In this document: one piece after another, positions 10,454 through 20,609 of the stretch | Position numbering within the stretch: position 1 is the first letter of the stretch | Layout of the letters: each line of letters starts with the position of its first letter | DNA from: Methanobacteriota archaeon | GTDB taxonomy: Archaea; Thermoplasmatota; E2; DHVEG-1 | DNA: 59,816 nucleotides | Assembly: GCA_043806635.1 (NCBI GenBank) | Contig: JAZDGT010000013.1 | Location: 1-59,816 of the forward strand | Reading direction: 5' to 3' | Made by a program: the position numbers and the translations under genes | The notes under the pieces: model-generated | Told to the model about the DNA's origin: nothing | What the model saw: the letters and a program-made list of their open reading frames with translations, nothing else | Database searches by the model: none

Positions 10454-11440
10454 CTAAGAAACCACCAATGTTCCTTCCTCATGCCGCTTCCCAAGTTTCT
10501 CCAACATATCCTTCGTCATATCACCCAGACGATACTTTGGTTTCCAGCCCCACTCCTTCCGAGCAGCGCTATCATCAATAGACCGCGGCCACGAATCCGC
10601 GATCGCCTGACGAAAATCAGGTTTATACACACACTTAAACTCCGGGATATGCTTCCTAATCTCATTCACCAATTCACTCGCAGAGAAACTCATCGCCGCC
10701 AAATTAAAATCACAATGATGCTGAAGCTTACTCAGATCCGTATCCATCAAATCAATCGTCCCCTTCAAACAATCAGGCATATACATCATCGGAAGCGTCG
10801 TATCCGCCCGCAAGAAACACGTATAACTCTTCTTCGTAATCGCCTCATAAAAAATCTCAACCGCATAATCCGTCGTCCCCCCACCAGGCAACGTCTCACT
10901 ACTAATAATCCCCGGATACCGCACACCACGAACATCAAGACTGAACCGTTTACAATAATAATCACCCAAAAGCTCACCGGACACCTTCGTCACCCCATAC
11001 ATCGTCTTCGGCTTCAACACCGTCTCCTGAGGCGTATCATCCCGAGGCGTCTCCGGCCCAAACACCGCAATAGAACTCGGCACAAACACCCGCGTCATCT
11101 CATGCTCATGAGCAACCTCCAACACATTATACAACCCGTTAATATTCACATCCCAACATATCAACGGTTTTTCTTCCCCAACAGCAGAAAGAATCGCGGC
11201 CATATTATAAATCGTATCAATATTATACTCCTTCACGACCTTCTCAATGGTCTCCCGGTTACCGATATCAATAAACTCAAAAGGACCAGAGTTCAGAAGC
11301 GTATCACTGGGTTTTGTTTTTCGTCCGGTGGCAAGCACGTTATCGTTCCCAAATTTCTTCCGCAACGTCATTGTCAGCTCTGAGCCGATTTGACCAACAG
11401 CACCCGTCACAAGAATCTTTTTCATTTTCTTCTGAGTCAT
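10454..11440 (-). CDS. tdh: L-threonine 3-dehydrogenase, SDR type
   Basis: ILVTGAVGQIG, YGVTK, PGGGTTDYAV, RQAIADSWP. Confidence 0.88.
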   Translation of the reverse strand: MTQKKMKKILVTGAVGQIGSELTMTLRKKFGNDNVLATGRKTKPSDTLLNSGPFEFIDIGNRETIEKVVKEYNIDTIYNMAAILSAVGEEKPLICWDVNINGLYNVLEVAHEHEMTRVFVPSSIAVFGPETPRDDTPQETVLKPKTMYGVTKVSGELLGDYYCKRFSLDVRGVRYPGIISSETLPGGGTTDYAVEIFYEAITKKSYTCFLRADTTLPMMYMPDCLKGTIDLMDTDLSKLQHHCDFNLAAMSFSASELVNEIRKHIPEFKCVYKPDFRQAIADSWPRSIDDSAARKEWGWKPKYRLGDMTKDMLEKLGKRHEEGTLVVS

Positions 11441-11485
11441 AGAGTAAAACCCCAAAAACTGCTATCCTCCATAGGTATAGATACT

Positions 11486-14400
11486 TTACTGTTCACCAGT
11501 GTATTCACGGGAGTCATCAATCCCCTCAAGATTTTTTGGGGCGCCAGGTGAGATGATATATCCTTTTCGTTTCTTCCTCCAACACGCCCAACGAGCAAGT
11601 ACCAGAGGAAGAACTAGGATGGAGGTGAGGAACGCATAAATCAGGGTGATAGCGGTGATGATCCCGAACTGTTGTTGCGGCGGTATAGGTGCGAAGGCGA
11701 GGATGCCGAACCCGAACATGGAGCTGAGTGCAGCGATAAGGATAGCGTTACCTGTGTGGGAGATGGTCTCGGTGACTGCTTTCGTTACATCACCCGTCTT
11801 ATCAGCGACGAGACGGAATCGCTCCGTGATATAGCAGGCGTAGTCGATACCAACGCCGATCGTAATACTGGTGACGGTGATTGTCATAATGTTGAGGGTG
11901 TATCCGATGAAGTACATCGTTCCGAGTACCCAGATGATGGAGATGGTAACAGGGATCATTGCGATGAGTCCGAGGACTGGGTTCCGGTAGATGATGCTGA
12001 GCATGACTGCGGCGAGGAAAAAACAGAGTGTGGTGGAGACGATCTGGCTTTCCGTCATGTTTTTCATGATGGTGAGGGTGATGAGCATGGTGCCGGTGAC
12101 CGTGCTCGTGACATCGCCTAAATCCGCGAGGTCGTTGTTGAGTTCTTTTTTGAGATGCTCGAAATCGCCAGTCATGTCTTCGGTATCCATCTTGAGGTCG
12201 ATGTAGACGCGGATGATGGCTGCGGTGTAGCCCCCGTTGTCTTCGTGGAGGACGCTTTTCACTTGCATACCATATTCATTGCTCTCCATCAGGTAGGTGT
12301 AGAGTGCTTGGATCTGTTGATCGGTTCGGGGGATGCTCGTGGTTTCATCGATATCGTAGAGCGTGATGAGGGTTCGGTTGTTCGCGACTACTTGCTGGAT
12401 AATGGTGTAGATGCTTTGTGTTTTCGGAGAACCATCTGTTTTTCGTGCGATAAACTGATCATTATTCATGTTTTCATGGGTCGATGCGAGTCCTTGAAGA
12501 GCCTGGGTCGTCGCGATATCGCCTTCAAGCAGGATGAACTCCTGATCTTGGCTTGAGAAGGGGAAATCCTCACTGATCCGGTCGAAGAGAGTGAGCGCGG
12601 GGTTGTCCTGAGGGATGAATTGACTCATGCTGAATCCGGTTTTCAGTTGTGAGATCGCGGTGCCCATGAACAGGCAGATGATGATGGTGATAACGAAGAC
12701 TTTTTTCTGATGACGGAGGAGGATGCAGGCGAGATCCGCTAAAACGTTTTTCAGTCGATGAGTTTGTTTTTTCCCGGTTACAGTAATAGCTTGTTTTCTT
12801 CGGTCAATAATATAGCGCAATGAGGTGAGAAGCGTCATGGTGATAATGAAGGTGTACGTGATGCCGAGGGCGAGGAAGATGCCGAAATCCCGTATCGGGG
12901 GGATGGAGGCGCTGAGGAAGGAGAGGAAGGCGACGAAGGTGGTGAACCAGGCGAGGAATATCGCGACGCCGATGTCTTTGATGGAGAGCCGTATCGCCTC
13001 TGCAGGAGTCCTCCCTTTTTCGATTTCGATCCGGTAGTTATGAAGGAGGTTCACAGAATATTCAACACCGAGGCCGATGTTCAGCGGAAGCAGTGCGACC
13101 GCGATGATGCTGAAGCTGATGCCGAGGAGGGCCATGGTGCCGAACAACCAGATGCAGGAGAAAGCGAAGACGATGATGGGGAGGAAGACGTAGGATGGTT
13201 TTCGGAACGCGATGAAAAGGATGCAGAGGATGAGGACGAAAATCATTGGTCCAATGATTGTATTCGCATCCATGGTGACCTGGTTGATTTGTGTGGAGAC
13301 AATGCCTTCCCCGGTTACCTGGATAGAGATAGAATCATATCGGGTGTCAAGACCCGCGATTTCTTTGAGGAGAGTATTACTGACGCGTGCCGTCTCTGCG
13401 GTGTCGCTACTGGTGCTTTCGAGTTGAATGATGATAAGGCTTGATTTCGGGTGCTTGGTTTCCTTGTAATCGGCGGATATGAAGGATAACGCGTTGACGC
13501 GGAGGTCGTCGAAAAACTTCGGGATGAGCGGGAATATAGTATCAGAGACGCCCGTATCTGGTGCATGGTCGGTTTGTACCCAGAGGGTTTCGATGGCGCT
13601 GAGGGAGAGGGTATCGGGAAGAAAACTTGTGGCGGTCATGGTTTGGGTTAGGTTCTCGTATTGATCCCAAGTGAGGCCCCCATATTTTTGGAGGAGTCTA
13701 GTAAGGATGCCGCCGAGTATGGGTCGGTTGTGTAATTGTTCTATGCGATCGAACAGGTAACTCGTGTTGATGGTGATGCGTCCGCCTGGTCGATGCAGGA
13801 TAGGGGATTGGTAGTAGCGTACGCCGGCGAGGAAATCGCTGAGTTTCGCGGGGACTTCGAAGGAGCCGAACTGGGGTGCGATTCCGTAGTCCCCGAGTTC
13901 TTTCCGTGAGACTGACAGTGTGATGTTGTTATTGGTTGCATCAATCGTGATATTGCCTGTGGTGAGCGGGATGGAGAAGGACATGGTTTGCCCTGGTGGT
14001 TTCAGCCAGAGGTACGCGCGGGTGGTGTACGCGGTGAGAAGATTATGGTCTCTGAGGTGACTGATGAGTTGTTGGAGGTTCGCAGGGATTCCTCTCCCGA
14101 TCTCCCACAAGGGGTAAGCAGGTTCAATCCGGACGGCTATCTTGTATTGAATATCAACGTCTTCCGGGAGGAGGACGTTGGTGAATTGGAGGTACCATTC
14201 CATGATGTTCACTTTGGGGAATGGCGGCTGAAGCGGTGTCTCCAGTGTGGAGAGATCATACACTTCGAAGGTGAATAAAAGAGTGCTATTGTCTTTGGAG
14301 AGGTAACAATTCTTAATATCCGTACTCTCAACTGCTTTCCCACGGCTGAGTCGAGTCCGCCCCGGGTAGTCAACATCCTCGTTTGGATCATTGGTTTGCA

Positions 14401-14881
14401 GGAGCTGCCAGGTGGTGGTGTTCGTGATGGTGAGCAGATCCTGTACTGCGGTCTCGAGTTGTTCATCCGTACAATTCTCGAGTGATTCGCCGAACTCCAT
14501 CTGACAGATCGTATCCACGAAGGTGGTGATGCTGACGCTACTGTTTACATCCGGGTTTTTAACGAGTTCCTTCTGAAGCGCGTATTGGTCGCGTAACGCC
14601 TGTGGGGTAAGTACACTGTCCGTATTCTCCGTGTCGATGAGAAGCAGCATGATCTGTTGAGTCGTACCAAAATACTCAGTGATGCGGTTGTTGGCTTTGA
14701 CGAGCTCGTTATCCGGTGCGAAATCTGCGAAATCAGTTTTAAACTCAAGACTAGGGATGAACAAGGAGAAACCGATCGTGATAAGCACGATAAGGATGAC
14801 GACGTGCCAGGGTCTCTTCTCGATGATCCTCCCGAGTTTTTGCAGGACATCTTTTTGATTAAAGAGTCTCTTATCTCCCAT
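11486..14881 (-). CDS. RND/MMPL-family transporter with a large extracytoplasmic insertion
   Basis: Two 1+5 TM repeats, GLGVEYSV and GVGIDYA motifs; 1131 aa. Confidence 0.88.
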   Translation of the reverse strand: MGDKRLFNQKDVLQKLGRIIEKRPWHVVILIVLITIGFSLFIPSLEFKTDFADFAPDNELVKANNRITEYFGTTQQIMLLLIDTENTDSVLTPQALRDQYALQKELVKNPDVNSSVSITTFVDTICQMEFGESLENCTDEQLETAVQDLLTITNTTTWQLLQTNDPNEDVDYPGRTRLSRGKAVESTDIKNCYLSKDNSTLLFTFEVYDLSTLETPLQPPFPKVNIMEWYLQFTNVLLPEDVDIQYKIAVRIEPAYPLWEIGRGIPANLQQLISHLRDHNLLTAYTTRAYLWLKPPGQTMSFSIPLTTGNITIDATNNNITLSVSRKELGDYGIAPQFGSFEVPAKLSDFLAGVRYYQSPILHRPGGRITINTSYLFDRIEQLHNRPILGGILTRLLQKYGGLTWDQYENLTQTMTATSFLPDTLSLSAIETLWVQTDHAPDTGVSDTIFPLIPKFFDDLRVNALSFISADYKETKHPKSSLIIIQLESTSSDTAETARVSNTLLKEIAGLDTRYDSISIQVTGEGIVSTQINQVTMDANTIIGPMIFVLILCILFIAFRKPSYVFLPIIVFAFSCIWLFGTMALLGISFSIIAVALLPLNIGLGVEYSVNLLHNYRIEIEKGRTPAEAIRLSIKDIGVAIFLAWFTTFVAFLSFLSASIPPIRDFGIFLALGITYTFIITMTLLTSLRYIIDRRKQAITVTGKKQTHRLKNVLADLACILLRHQKKVFVITIIICLFMGTAISQLKTGFSMSQFIPQDNPALTLFDRISEDFPFSSQDQEFILLEGDIATTQALQGLASTHENMNNDQFIARKTDGSPKTQSIYTIIQQVVANNRTLITLYDIDETTSIPRTDQQIQALYTYLMESNEYGMQVKSVLHEDNGGYTAAIIRVYIDLKMDTEDMTGDFEHLKKELNNDLADLGDVTSTVTGTMLITLTIMKNMTESQIVSTTLCFFLAAVMLSIIYRNPVLGLIAMIPVTISIIWVLGTMYFIGYTLNIMTITVTSITIGVGIDYACYITERFRLVADKTGDVTKAVTETISHTGNAILIAALSSMFGFGILAFAPIPPQQQFGIITAITLIYAFLTSILVLPLVLARWACWRKKRKGYIISPGAPKNLEGIDDSREYTGEQ

Positions 14882-15039
14882 GATACTCGTCTTCTTTTGG
14901 GGGTAACCGTGAACAGTATAATAATTTTATTATTATATATACATACAATATTATAATGCTTAAGTGTCCCCCGCCAGAAAAACCCTCCATACAAAATACA
15001 AAAAAGAGGAATAAACAAGGAGACTGAGACTACTTCAGC

Positions 15040-15750
15040 TTACACCGTCTCAGACTCGAAATAAATCCAGATCATACCCGTATGTAGATCAATCGTATCA
15101 ACCGTCGGAGGAAGATCAATCGTGACCTGCACCCAGACGAAATCAGACACATTACTCACCGCGTTCGTATTATTAATCGAATACCGAACATGAGACGTGT
15201 TATCCCACGGAGTCGGAATCGTATAATACGTACTATTCGACACGTTCGCACACATCGTCGACGTGTTCCGATCCCCCGGTGCCAGCGTCCACGCAATCGT
15301 CGAACTCGAGTTCATAATCGTCCCATTATTATACATGTACACCATGCTCGGATCCGTGAGGTTACTCTCTGCATTCGCCGTCCGATTCCCATGCAAATAA
15401 ATCCGTAGATACGTGTTATTCTCCGAGGTGACATTAATATACGTGATATGCAGCGTATAATTTTCCTCATTTACAATCCCGAACGCCGCTGAAAACGTCT
15501 TCACCATGTTCGTCGAATAATTCCCAAAATGAAGAATCACCGCGGTGCGGGTACTATTTGCGCCATTCACCCGCAACACCCGAAAACCATCAGAGGCGTT
15601 ATCAGACCCGATATACCGGATATCAGCGTCACTCGGATGAACAACCATATATACATACCCGACCTTCGTCAACGCGTACTGCGTGGCGACCACCATCGTT
15701 GCAATCAGGAATAATAATCCAAGGAGACACAGGCGTTTATCAAGTCTCAT
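15040..15750 (-). CDS. Secreted, heavily N-glycosylatable beta-rich protein
   Basis: Signal/anchor helix; roughly 15 N-x-S/T sequons in 236 aa; GAGGT SD. Confidence 0.75.
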   Translation of the reverse strand: MRLDKRLCLLGLLFLIATMVVATQYALTKVGYVYMVVHPSDADIRYIGSDNASDGFRVLRVNGANSTRTAVILHFGNYSTNMVKTFSAAFGIVNEENYTLHITYINVTSENNTYLRIYLHGNRTANAESNLTDPSMVYMYNNGTIMNSSSTIAWTLAPGDRNTSTMCANVSNSTYYTIPTPWDNTSHVRYSINNTNAVSNVSDFVWVQVTIDLPPTVDTIDLHTGMIWIYFESETV

Positions 15751-15919
15751 TTACTATACCTCTTCTTCACACCTCTTCTTGCATGTTAATCTTTGTCACA
15801 ATCGTATATAAAGGTTCTCTGGTAAACTCACAAAATGGAAAAATGTCACGAACAAAAAATATCAAAAATCACCCTAAAAAAAACGGAAAAAATCCAAAAA
15901 AATGTGACGAAAAAAAAGT

Positions 15920-16834
15920 CTACGGCCGCGGACTCAAACCTGCCTCACGAACCAACGACGGGATAATCTCCTCCCAAAACAACGCCGTGATATGCACCCC
16001 CCGCACCCCACGCATCTTCTTAATCACCTGAATACTCTCCAACGCGAGATCAAACCCCTCCTTCTTCACATCAGAAGCACCCTGCATCCGCGCCTCAACC
16101 TCATCCGGGACAACCGCACCAGGCACATGATACTTCATCCGCTCCGTCATCTTCAACGACTTCAACGGCGTCACCCCCGCAAGCACCGGAATCCTGGTAT
16201 CAAGACCACGAGACCGCACCATATCTATCCACTCCGCAAACCGATCTAGATGAAACACGCTCTGCGTCTGCACAAAATCAGCGCCAGCCCGAATCTTCTT
16301 CTCAAGACGATCCAGATGCAACTCCACCGGCTCCGCGAACGGGTTCACCGCAGCACCAATAAAAATATTTGGCTTCCCCGACGTAATCTCGTCACCACTC
16401 TGAAACACCCCATCATCCCGCATATTCTTCAGGATCTGAATCAACTGCACCGAATCCACATCATACACGCCACGAGCCTGCGGATGATTCCCGAACGACT
16501 GATGATCACCCGTCAAACACAGAATATTCCTCACCCCAATCGCAGACGCCCCCAGCACATCACTCTGCAACGCAAGCCGATTCCGATCCCGACACGTCAT
16601 CTGCACAATCGGCTCTATCCCCAACCGCAACAATAAACAACTCCCCGCAAGACTCGACAATCGAACCACCGCAGTCTGATTATCTGTGATATTAAACGCA
16701 TCAGCAACACCCCTCAACCGTTCAGCCTTCTGCAAAATCTTCTGAGGATCAGCACCTTTCGGCGGACCAATCTCCGCAGTCACCGCAAACCCATGCTCCA
16801 CAAGCACCCGCTCCAGATTACTCCGAAACGTCAT
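15920..16834 (-). CDS. metF: Methylenetetrahydrofolate reductase MetF
   Basis: TAEIGPPKG, NITDN, QMTCRDRNRLALQSD, LCLTGD, GADFVQTQ; ATG overlaps the metV stop (TGATG). Confidence 0.9.
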   Translation of the reverse strand: MTFRSNLERVLVEHGFAVTAEIGPPKGADPQKILQKAERLRGVADAFNITDNQTAVVRLSSLAGSCLLLRLGIEPIVQMTCRDRNRLALQSDVLGASAIGVRNILCLTGDHQSFGNHPQARGVYDVDSVQLIQILKNMRDDGVFQSGDEITSGKPNIFIGAAVNPFAEPVELHLDRLEKKIRAGADFVQTQSVFHLDRFAEWIDMVRSRGLDTRIPVLAGVTPLKSLKMTERMKYHVPGAVVPDEVEARMQGASDVKKEGFDLALESIQVIKKMRGVRGVHITALFWEEIIPSLVREAGLSPRP

Positions 16835-17475
16835 CAAGAAAGCCTCCGCTTCCGCTCCAACGATTTCGACCAATCCTTAGGTTTTTGAATATCATGAAGC
16901 CGTGATGTTTGTTTCTTTTTTTTCATCCGATCATACACAACAACCCAGACGCAATCCAGATCCGGGTCCACCTCACACTTCCCCTGACGAGTCCCACCAC
17001 ACGGACCATTCAACATCGCCTTCGGGCACCGAGCAACAGGGCAGACACCATCAAAAAACTCAAGCAAGCATTCACCACACAGTAGACAACGTTTCTCAAA
17101 CTCTGTCGTCCGCTGGATCTCCCCAAGGAACAACGTATCCGTCCCCGCGACCACATCTTTTGCATCAAACAGTTCCGCGCAGGTCTGCACCCCGTTCCCA
17201 CAGGCGAACACAAGTATTTTCTTAGCTTTTTCCAACGCAGCCTGATGACTCTTTAACAAACGCTTATTATTCTGCAGATGACACGCAGGGTCAAGGATTA
17301 CCGATCCCGTCACCGAGATATCATGGTTTTCAAGCATCTGCTTCATCGCCGTAATCTCCTCCTCCCCGCCCGTATGACACAGGGTTGCACATTCACTACA
17401 CCCGATCAGAAACACAGGACCCTGCTGCACAAGTCGAAGGAGATCATTAAATGATTTCTGTTTTGTGATAATCAT
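16834..17475 (-). CDS. metV: MetV (MTHFR C-terminal-domain Fe-S/Zn subunit)
   Basis: MIITKQK, GCSECATLCHTGG, ACGNGVQ, CLLCGEC..CPVARCPKAMLNGPCGG..CEV..CVW. Confidence 0.88.
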   Translation of the reverse strand: MIITKQKSFNDLLRLVQQGPVFLIGCSECATLCHTGGEEEITAMKQMLENHDISVTGSVILDPACHLQNNKRLLKSHQAALEKAKKILVFACGNGVQTCAELFDAKDVVAGTDTLFLGEIQRTTEFEKRCLLCGECLLEFFDGVCPVARCPKAMLNGPCGGTRQGKCEVDPDLDCVWVVVYDRMKKKKQTSRLHDIQKPKDWSKSLERKRRLS

Positions 17476-17550
17476 GATGCAGGAAAAGATGCTCTAACCC
17501 TTTATTAAAAATGTGTTTCCAAATAGAACCCGATACAAAAGGGTGTTGGT

Positions 17551-18024
17551 TTATTTTTTTTGTTTGCGTTGTCTCCGGACGACCGCAAGCAGTATCCCTA
17601 TGATGCAGACTATTCCAATGACCATGATGAGAAGAGTAAGTTGATTGTTTGATGGTTCAACAGTGAGGTTTACAATATAAGCGTCAATGATGGGGACGAG
17701 TTTCTCCTGGGTGATGTTTTCTTTCGGGATCAGGGTCTCGTTATTGATTACTACACCAGGGTAGGTGTGAAACCGGTAGCTTTCCCATTCGGTTTGATTC
17801 TCCGGGTGTTTCACCCCGATTTGTTTTTCGATGAAGACGACCTGTGTCTCTGAATAGTTCATTTTGAGATCATCGATGAGTTTTTTCGCTATTTTACATG
17901 ATCCACAGGTTGCTGAATAATACAGGACGACCGTCACATGGTCTTCTGCTGCGACAGAATACATACTGATGAAAAGAAGAATGACGAAACAGAACGTTAT
18001 GATGGGGCGGATGACCGGTTTCAT
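17551..18024 (-). CDS. Exported thioredoxin/glutaredoxin-like protein with C-terminal TM anchor
   Basis: Signal peptide, YSATCGSC (CxxC), cis-Pro motif TYPGVVIN, C-terminal TM helix followed by a basic tail. Confidence 0.75.
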   Translation of the reverse strand: MKPVIRPIITFCFVILLFISMYSVAAEDHVTVVLYYSATCGSCKIAKKLIDDLKMNYSETQVVFIEKQIGVKHPENQTEWESYRFHTYPGVVINNETLIPKENITQEKLVPIIDAYIVNLTVEPSNNQLTLLIMVIGIVCIIGILLAVVRRQRKQKK

Positions 18025-18032
18025 ATTGTACT

Positions 18033-18281
18033 TCAGCCTCCTGAGACGATTGGTGGAGCAATCGTTATATGGTCACCAGTAGAAATTTTTCTCTCTTTCG
18101 AGGCGTAGACGCCGTTATAGGAGACAATCATGAATCGTTTATCTTTTTCCAAATCCGGGAATTGTCCGACGAGGAGGTCGACTACATGCCAGATAGTATC
18201 CCCCTTAGTAACTGTGAGGGTGAGCTCGGGTTTCCCGACTATGGTTTTATATCGTCCGATGAATGTTACAGTGATGTTCAT
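18033..18281 (-). CDS. MoaD/ThiS/SAMP ubiquitin-like sulfur carrier
   Basis: Beta-grasp size, ends GDHITIAPPIVSGG. Confidence 0.9.
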   Translation of the reverse strand: MNITVTFIGRYKTIVGKPELTLTVTKGDTIWHVVDLLVGQFPDLEKDKRFMIVSYNGVYASKERKISTGDHITIAPPIVSGG

Positions 18282-18315
18282 GATTGATTCACCTTAGTAA
18301 TGGGATGATCAAGGG

Positions 18316-19032
18316 TTATGATTTACAACAGATACAGGAGGGGTTCTGCTCTATTCGTAATTCCTCAAGAGTATGATTCCATCCGTCATAGATGAGTAAC
18401 CCCGATGGTGCTCTGTTGAGGAGTATTTTGATGACTTCGGTAGTTTGTATCGATGCGATCGTGACCGGGATGTTACCAAGCACCGGGTTCTCCTGGTTCG
18501 TAGGTGTGGGAAGCACGTGACAGATACAATGTAGACACGGGGTTTTCTTGGGGATGATACTCATCACCATCCCAATGGTTCCATACACACCAGCGTACAC
18601 CCAGGGGATGTGGTTATGCACGGCGTAGTCGTTCAGCAGGAACCGCGTCTCTAGATTATCAGTGCCATCAACAAGGATATCCGCGCCCTTGAGGAGTGTG
18701 CTGATGTTGTCTTTCATGAGTTTCTTCGTAATCCCATGGATAGTGCTTTCCGTGTTCACCTGCTTGAGTCGTTTTTCAAGGACCATGGCTTTGGGTTCAC
18801 CGATGTCTTCTTCGGTGAACACCGCAGTTCTGTGCAGATTGGTGAGGTCGACGAGGTCATCATCGATGATGGAGAGATGACCGATACCGGTTCTGATGAG
18901 GATGTTCGCACTGTTACTCCCAAGACCGCCGCCGCCGATGATGATCGTATGTTTCTTGGTCAGGGTTTCTTGTCCCTGTGTACCAAGTTCGGGGACGAGG
19001 GTTTGCCGACGATATCGTTCAAGATTCATCAT
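18316..19032 (-). CDS. MoeB/ThiF/UbaA E1-like adenylyltransferase
   Basis: RYRRQ, IIGGGGLGS, DLTNLHRT, DGTDN..R..LND, two CxxC Zn motifs. Confidence 0.9.
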   Translation of the reverse strand: MMNLERYRRQTLVPELGTQGQETLTKKHTIIIGGGGLGSNSANILIRTGIGHLSIIDDDLVDLTNLHRTAVFTEEDIGEPKAMVLEKRLKQVNTESTIHGITKKLMKDNISTLLKGADILVDGTDNLETRFLLNDYAVHNHIPWVYAGVYGTIGMVMSIIPKKTPCLHCICHVLPTPTNQENPVLGNIPVTIASIQTTEVIKILLNRAPSGLLIYDGWNHTLEELRIEQNPSCICCKS

Positions 19033-19058
19033 TCGCCTCCTTCAGAAAATTATTTTTT

Positions 19059-19904
19059 TTAGTTTGTTTTCTTTACAGGGGTGATCTCTGTTGCGGGGTT
19101 CCCCGCGTAGATTTTCTCCTGTTCAAGTACCCGGTTTTTCGGGACGACTGCCCCTGCGGCGACCACGGCATGGTCTTGGAGCGTAACACCGGGCATGAGG
19201 ATGGCTCCTGCTCCGATGATGCAGCTGTTTCCAACCTTTGTTTTGGTGAAGGTGATCGTGTGTTTTTCGTAGTTGTGAATGTGTGCGTAGAGGATTGCGT
19301 ATTCCCCCATCGTGGTATCTGATCCGAACTCGGTAAGGCAGGGGTCTTTGATGACGCCGCCAACAAGCGTGTTTTTACCGATTTTCATGCCGAGGAGTCT
19401 AAGGTAGGTACGTTGCAGTCCACCCATCGGGATGATCTCCAAGGCTTTCCGCATGGGGGTGTAGAGCTGACAGAGAAGCATCCATTTGAACGCGTTCTTA
19501 TCACGGACACTATACTCGTAGGTTCCCTCCTGGTATCTGATACGGAACATGCGGATGATCCCACCAGATATCAGGAGCTCAGAAACAAAGAGGAGGAGGA
19601 GTTCGAAGACGATGAGGAACGGCAGGAAAACAAGGTGGGTGAATCTCTCGAACGTGGTATAGTACAGGACGAGTCTTATGGTGAGGATGACGGGGATGAA
19701 CCCGAGAGAAAACACAAGGAAGGGTATGAAGGAGAGGAGGAACAGTCGAGGGAAACGCAGTCCTTTCCTTTTCGTATGGGGTACTGGAGGACTTTTTTGT
19801 GGTTCTTCCATCATTAGAGAGTGCATATCGAAGAAATGGTAATTAAACCTATTGCGAACCGATGCGGGGACTAGGCCGAATATTCTGTTACTTTTTCGAC
19901 TCAT
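19059..19904 (-). CDS. Membrane-bound hexapeptide-repeat (left-handed beta-helix) acyltransferase
   Basis: Two TM helices then LLGMKIGKN..KVGNSCIIGAGAILMPGV..AAGAVV..YAGNPA; true start may be downstream. Confidence 0.8.
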   Translation of the reverse strand: MSRKSNRIFGLVPASVRNRFNYHFFDMHSLMMEEPQKSPPVPHTKRKGLRFPRLFLLSFIPFLVFSLGFIPVILTIRLVLYYTTFERFTHLVFLPFLIVFELLLLFVSELLISGGIIRMFRIRYQEGTYEYSVRDKNAFKWMLLCQLYTPMRKALEIIPMGGLQRTYLRLLGMKIGKNTLVGGVIKDPCLTEFGSDTTMGEYAILYAHIHNYEKHTITFTKTKVGNSCIIGAGAILMPGVTLQDHAVVAAGAVVPKNRVLEQEKIYAGNPATEITPVKKTN

Positions 19905-20433
19905 TCACCCATCTGATGAACAACTCAAAATGTTCTCTTGATAAATGCGCGTTTCTCACATCATCTTTTTTCAGTGGCGGTTCTTCCTCAAGGGTTTTCT
20001 CGAGTTGCTGGTAACAATCCGGATAAAAACTGGCGAGATACTCCACGTACGCCTCAAACAACAAGGTGGCGGTGGCACACGCCTCGATACAGTTGATATC
20101 CACGATACCTTTCTTTTGTACGAAGACCGGGAAGTTCCGACACACCCTGGGTCGAACCGAGTAAATGATGCACTGATTCTTTTTGAGGAACGGACACGGC
20201 ATCCTGATCACGAGTCCATCCGTATCAGGATTAAACACGACGTATTGTTTCACAAACGATTTCGGAGTGATGTGCAACTGTTTAGAGATCCTCTTTATCT
20301 CTGTTTCGTTTATATGCAACTCGCCTTCAACACAGCACAAACAGCACAGGGAACAATCAGAAAAATCATGAATAGTAGTGTTTATTATTTCCTGAAAACC
20401 TGTTTTCTTTTTCTTCGCTATGGTCTTCCTCAT
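19888..20433 (-). CDS. YkgJ/CxxCxxCC family Fe-S or Zn cluster protein
   Basis: CSLCCLCC, PCPFL..CIIYSVRPRVCRNFP. Confidence 0.85.
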   Translation of the reverse strand: MRKTIAKKKKTGFQEIINTTIHDFSDCSLCCLCCVEGELHINETEIKRISKQLHITPKSFVKQYVVFNPDTDGLVIRMPCPFLKKNQCIIYSVRPRVCRNFPVFVQKKGIVDINCIEACATATLLFEAYVEYLASFYPDCYQQLEKTLEEEPPLKKDDVRNAHLSREHFELFIRWVNESKK

Positions 20434-20489
20434 AAAAAAAAATCCTGTCTCACAGGTTAATTTACCCCCGTTTCTTGACTGAGAGTACC

Positions 20490-20609
20490 TTACACGATGT
20501 TACGGGTTCTCCCGATATGCGGTACCGCGTTCGCATGTTCAGCTTTCATATGCTCCTTGAGCGCTTCATTGCTTTTAAAAATTTTTTTACAGTGTGGACA
20601 TCTCGGCAT
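20490..20609 (-). CDS. 39-aa single C2H2 zinc-finger protein (not in ORF track)
   Basis: MPRCPHCKKIFKSNEALKEHMKAEHANAVPHIGRTRNIV: canonical C-x2-C-x3-F-x5-L-x2-H-x4-H; purine-rich SD upstream. Confidence 0.8.
   Translation of the reverse strand: MPRCPHCKKIFKSNEALKEHMKAEHANAVPHIGRTRNIV

Noticed and set aside
9498-11383. Long plus-strand ORFs (264 aa and 300 aa) opposite fbaB and tdh
   Set aside because: Shadow ORFs rich in R/H/I/T, caused by extreme third-position skew of well-supported minus-strand genes; the same applies to 2213-2728, 29216-29953, 38695-39576 and similar.
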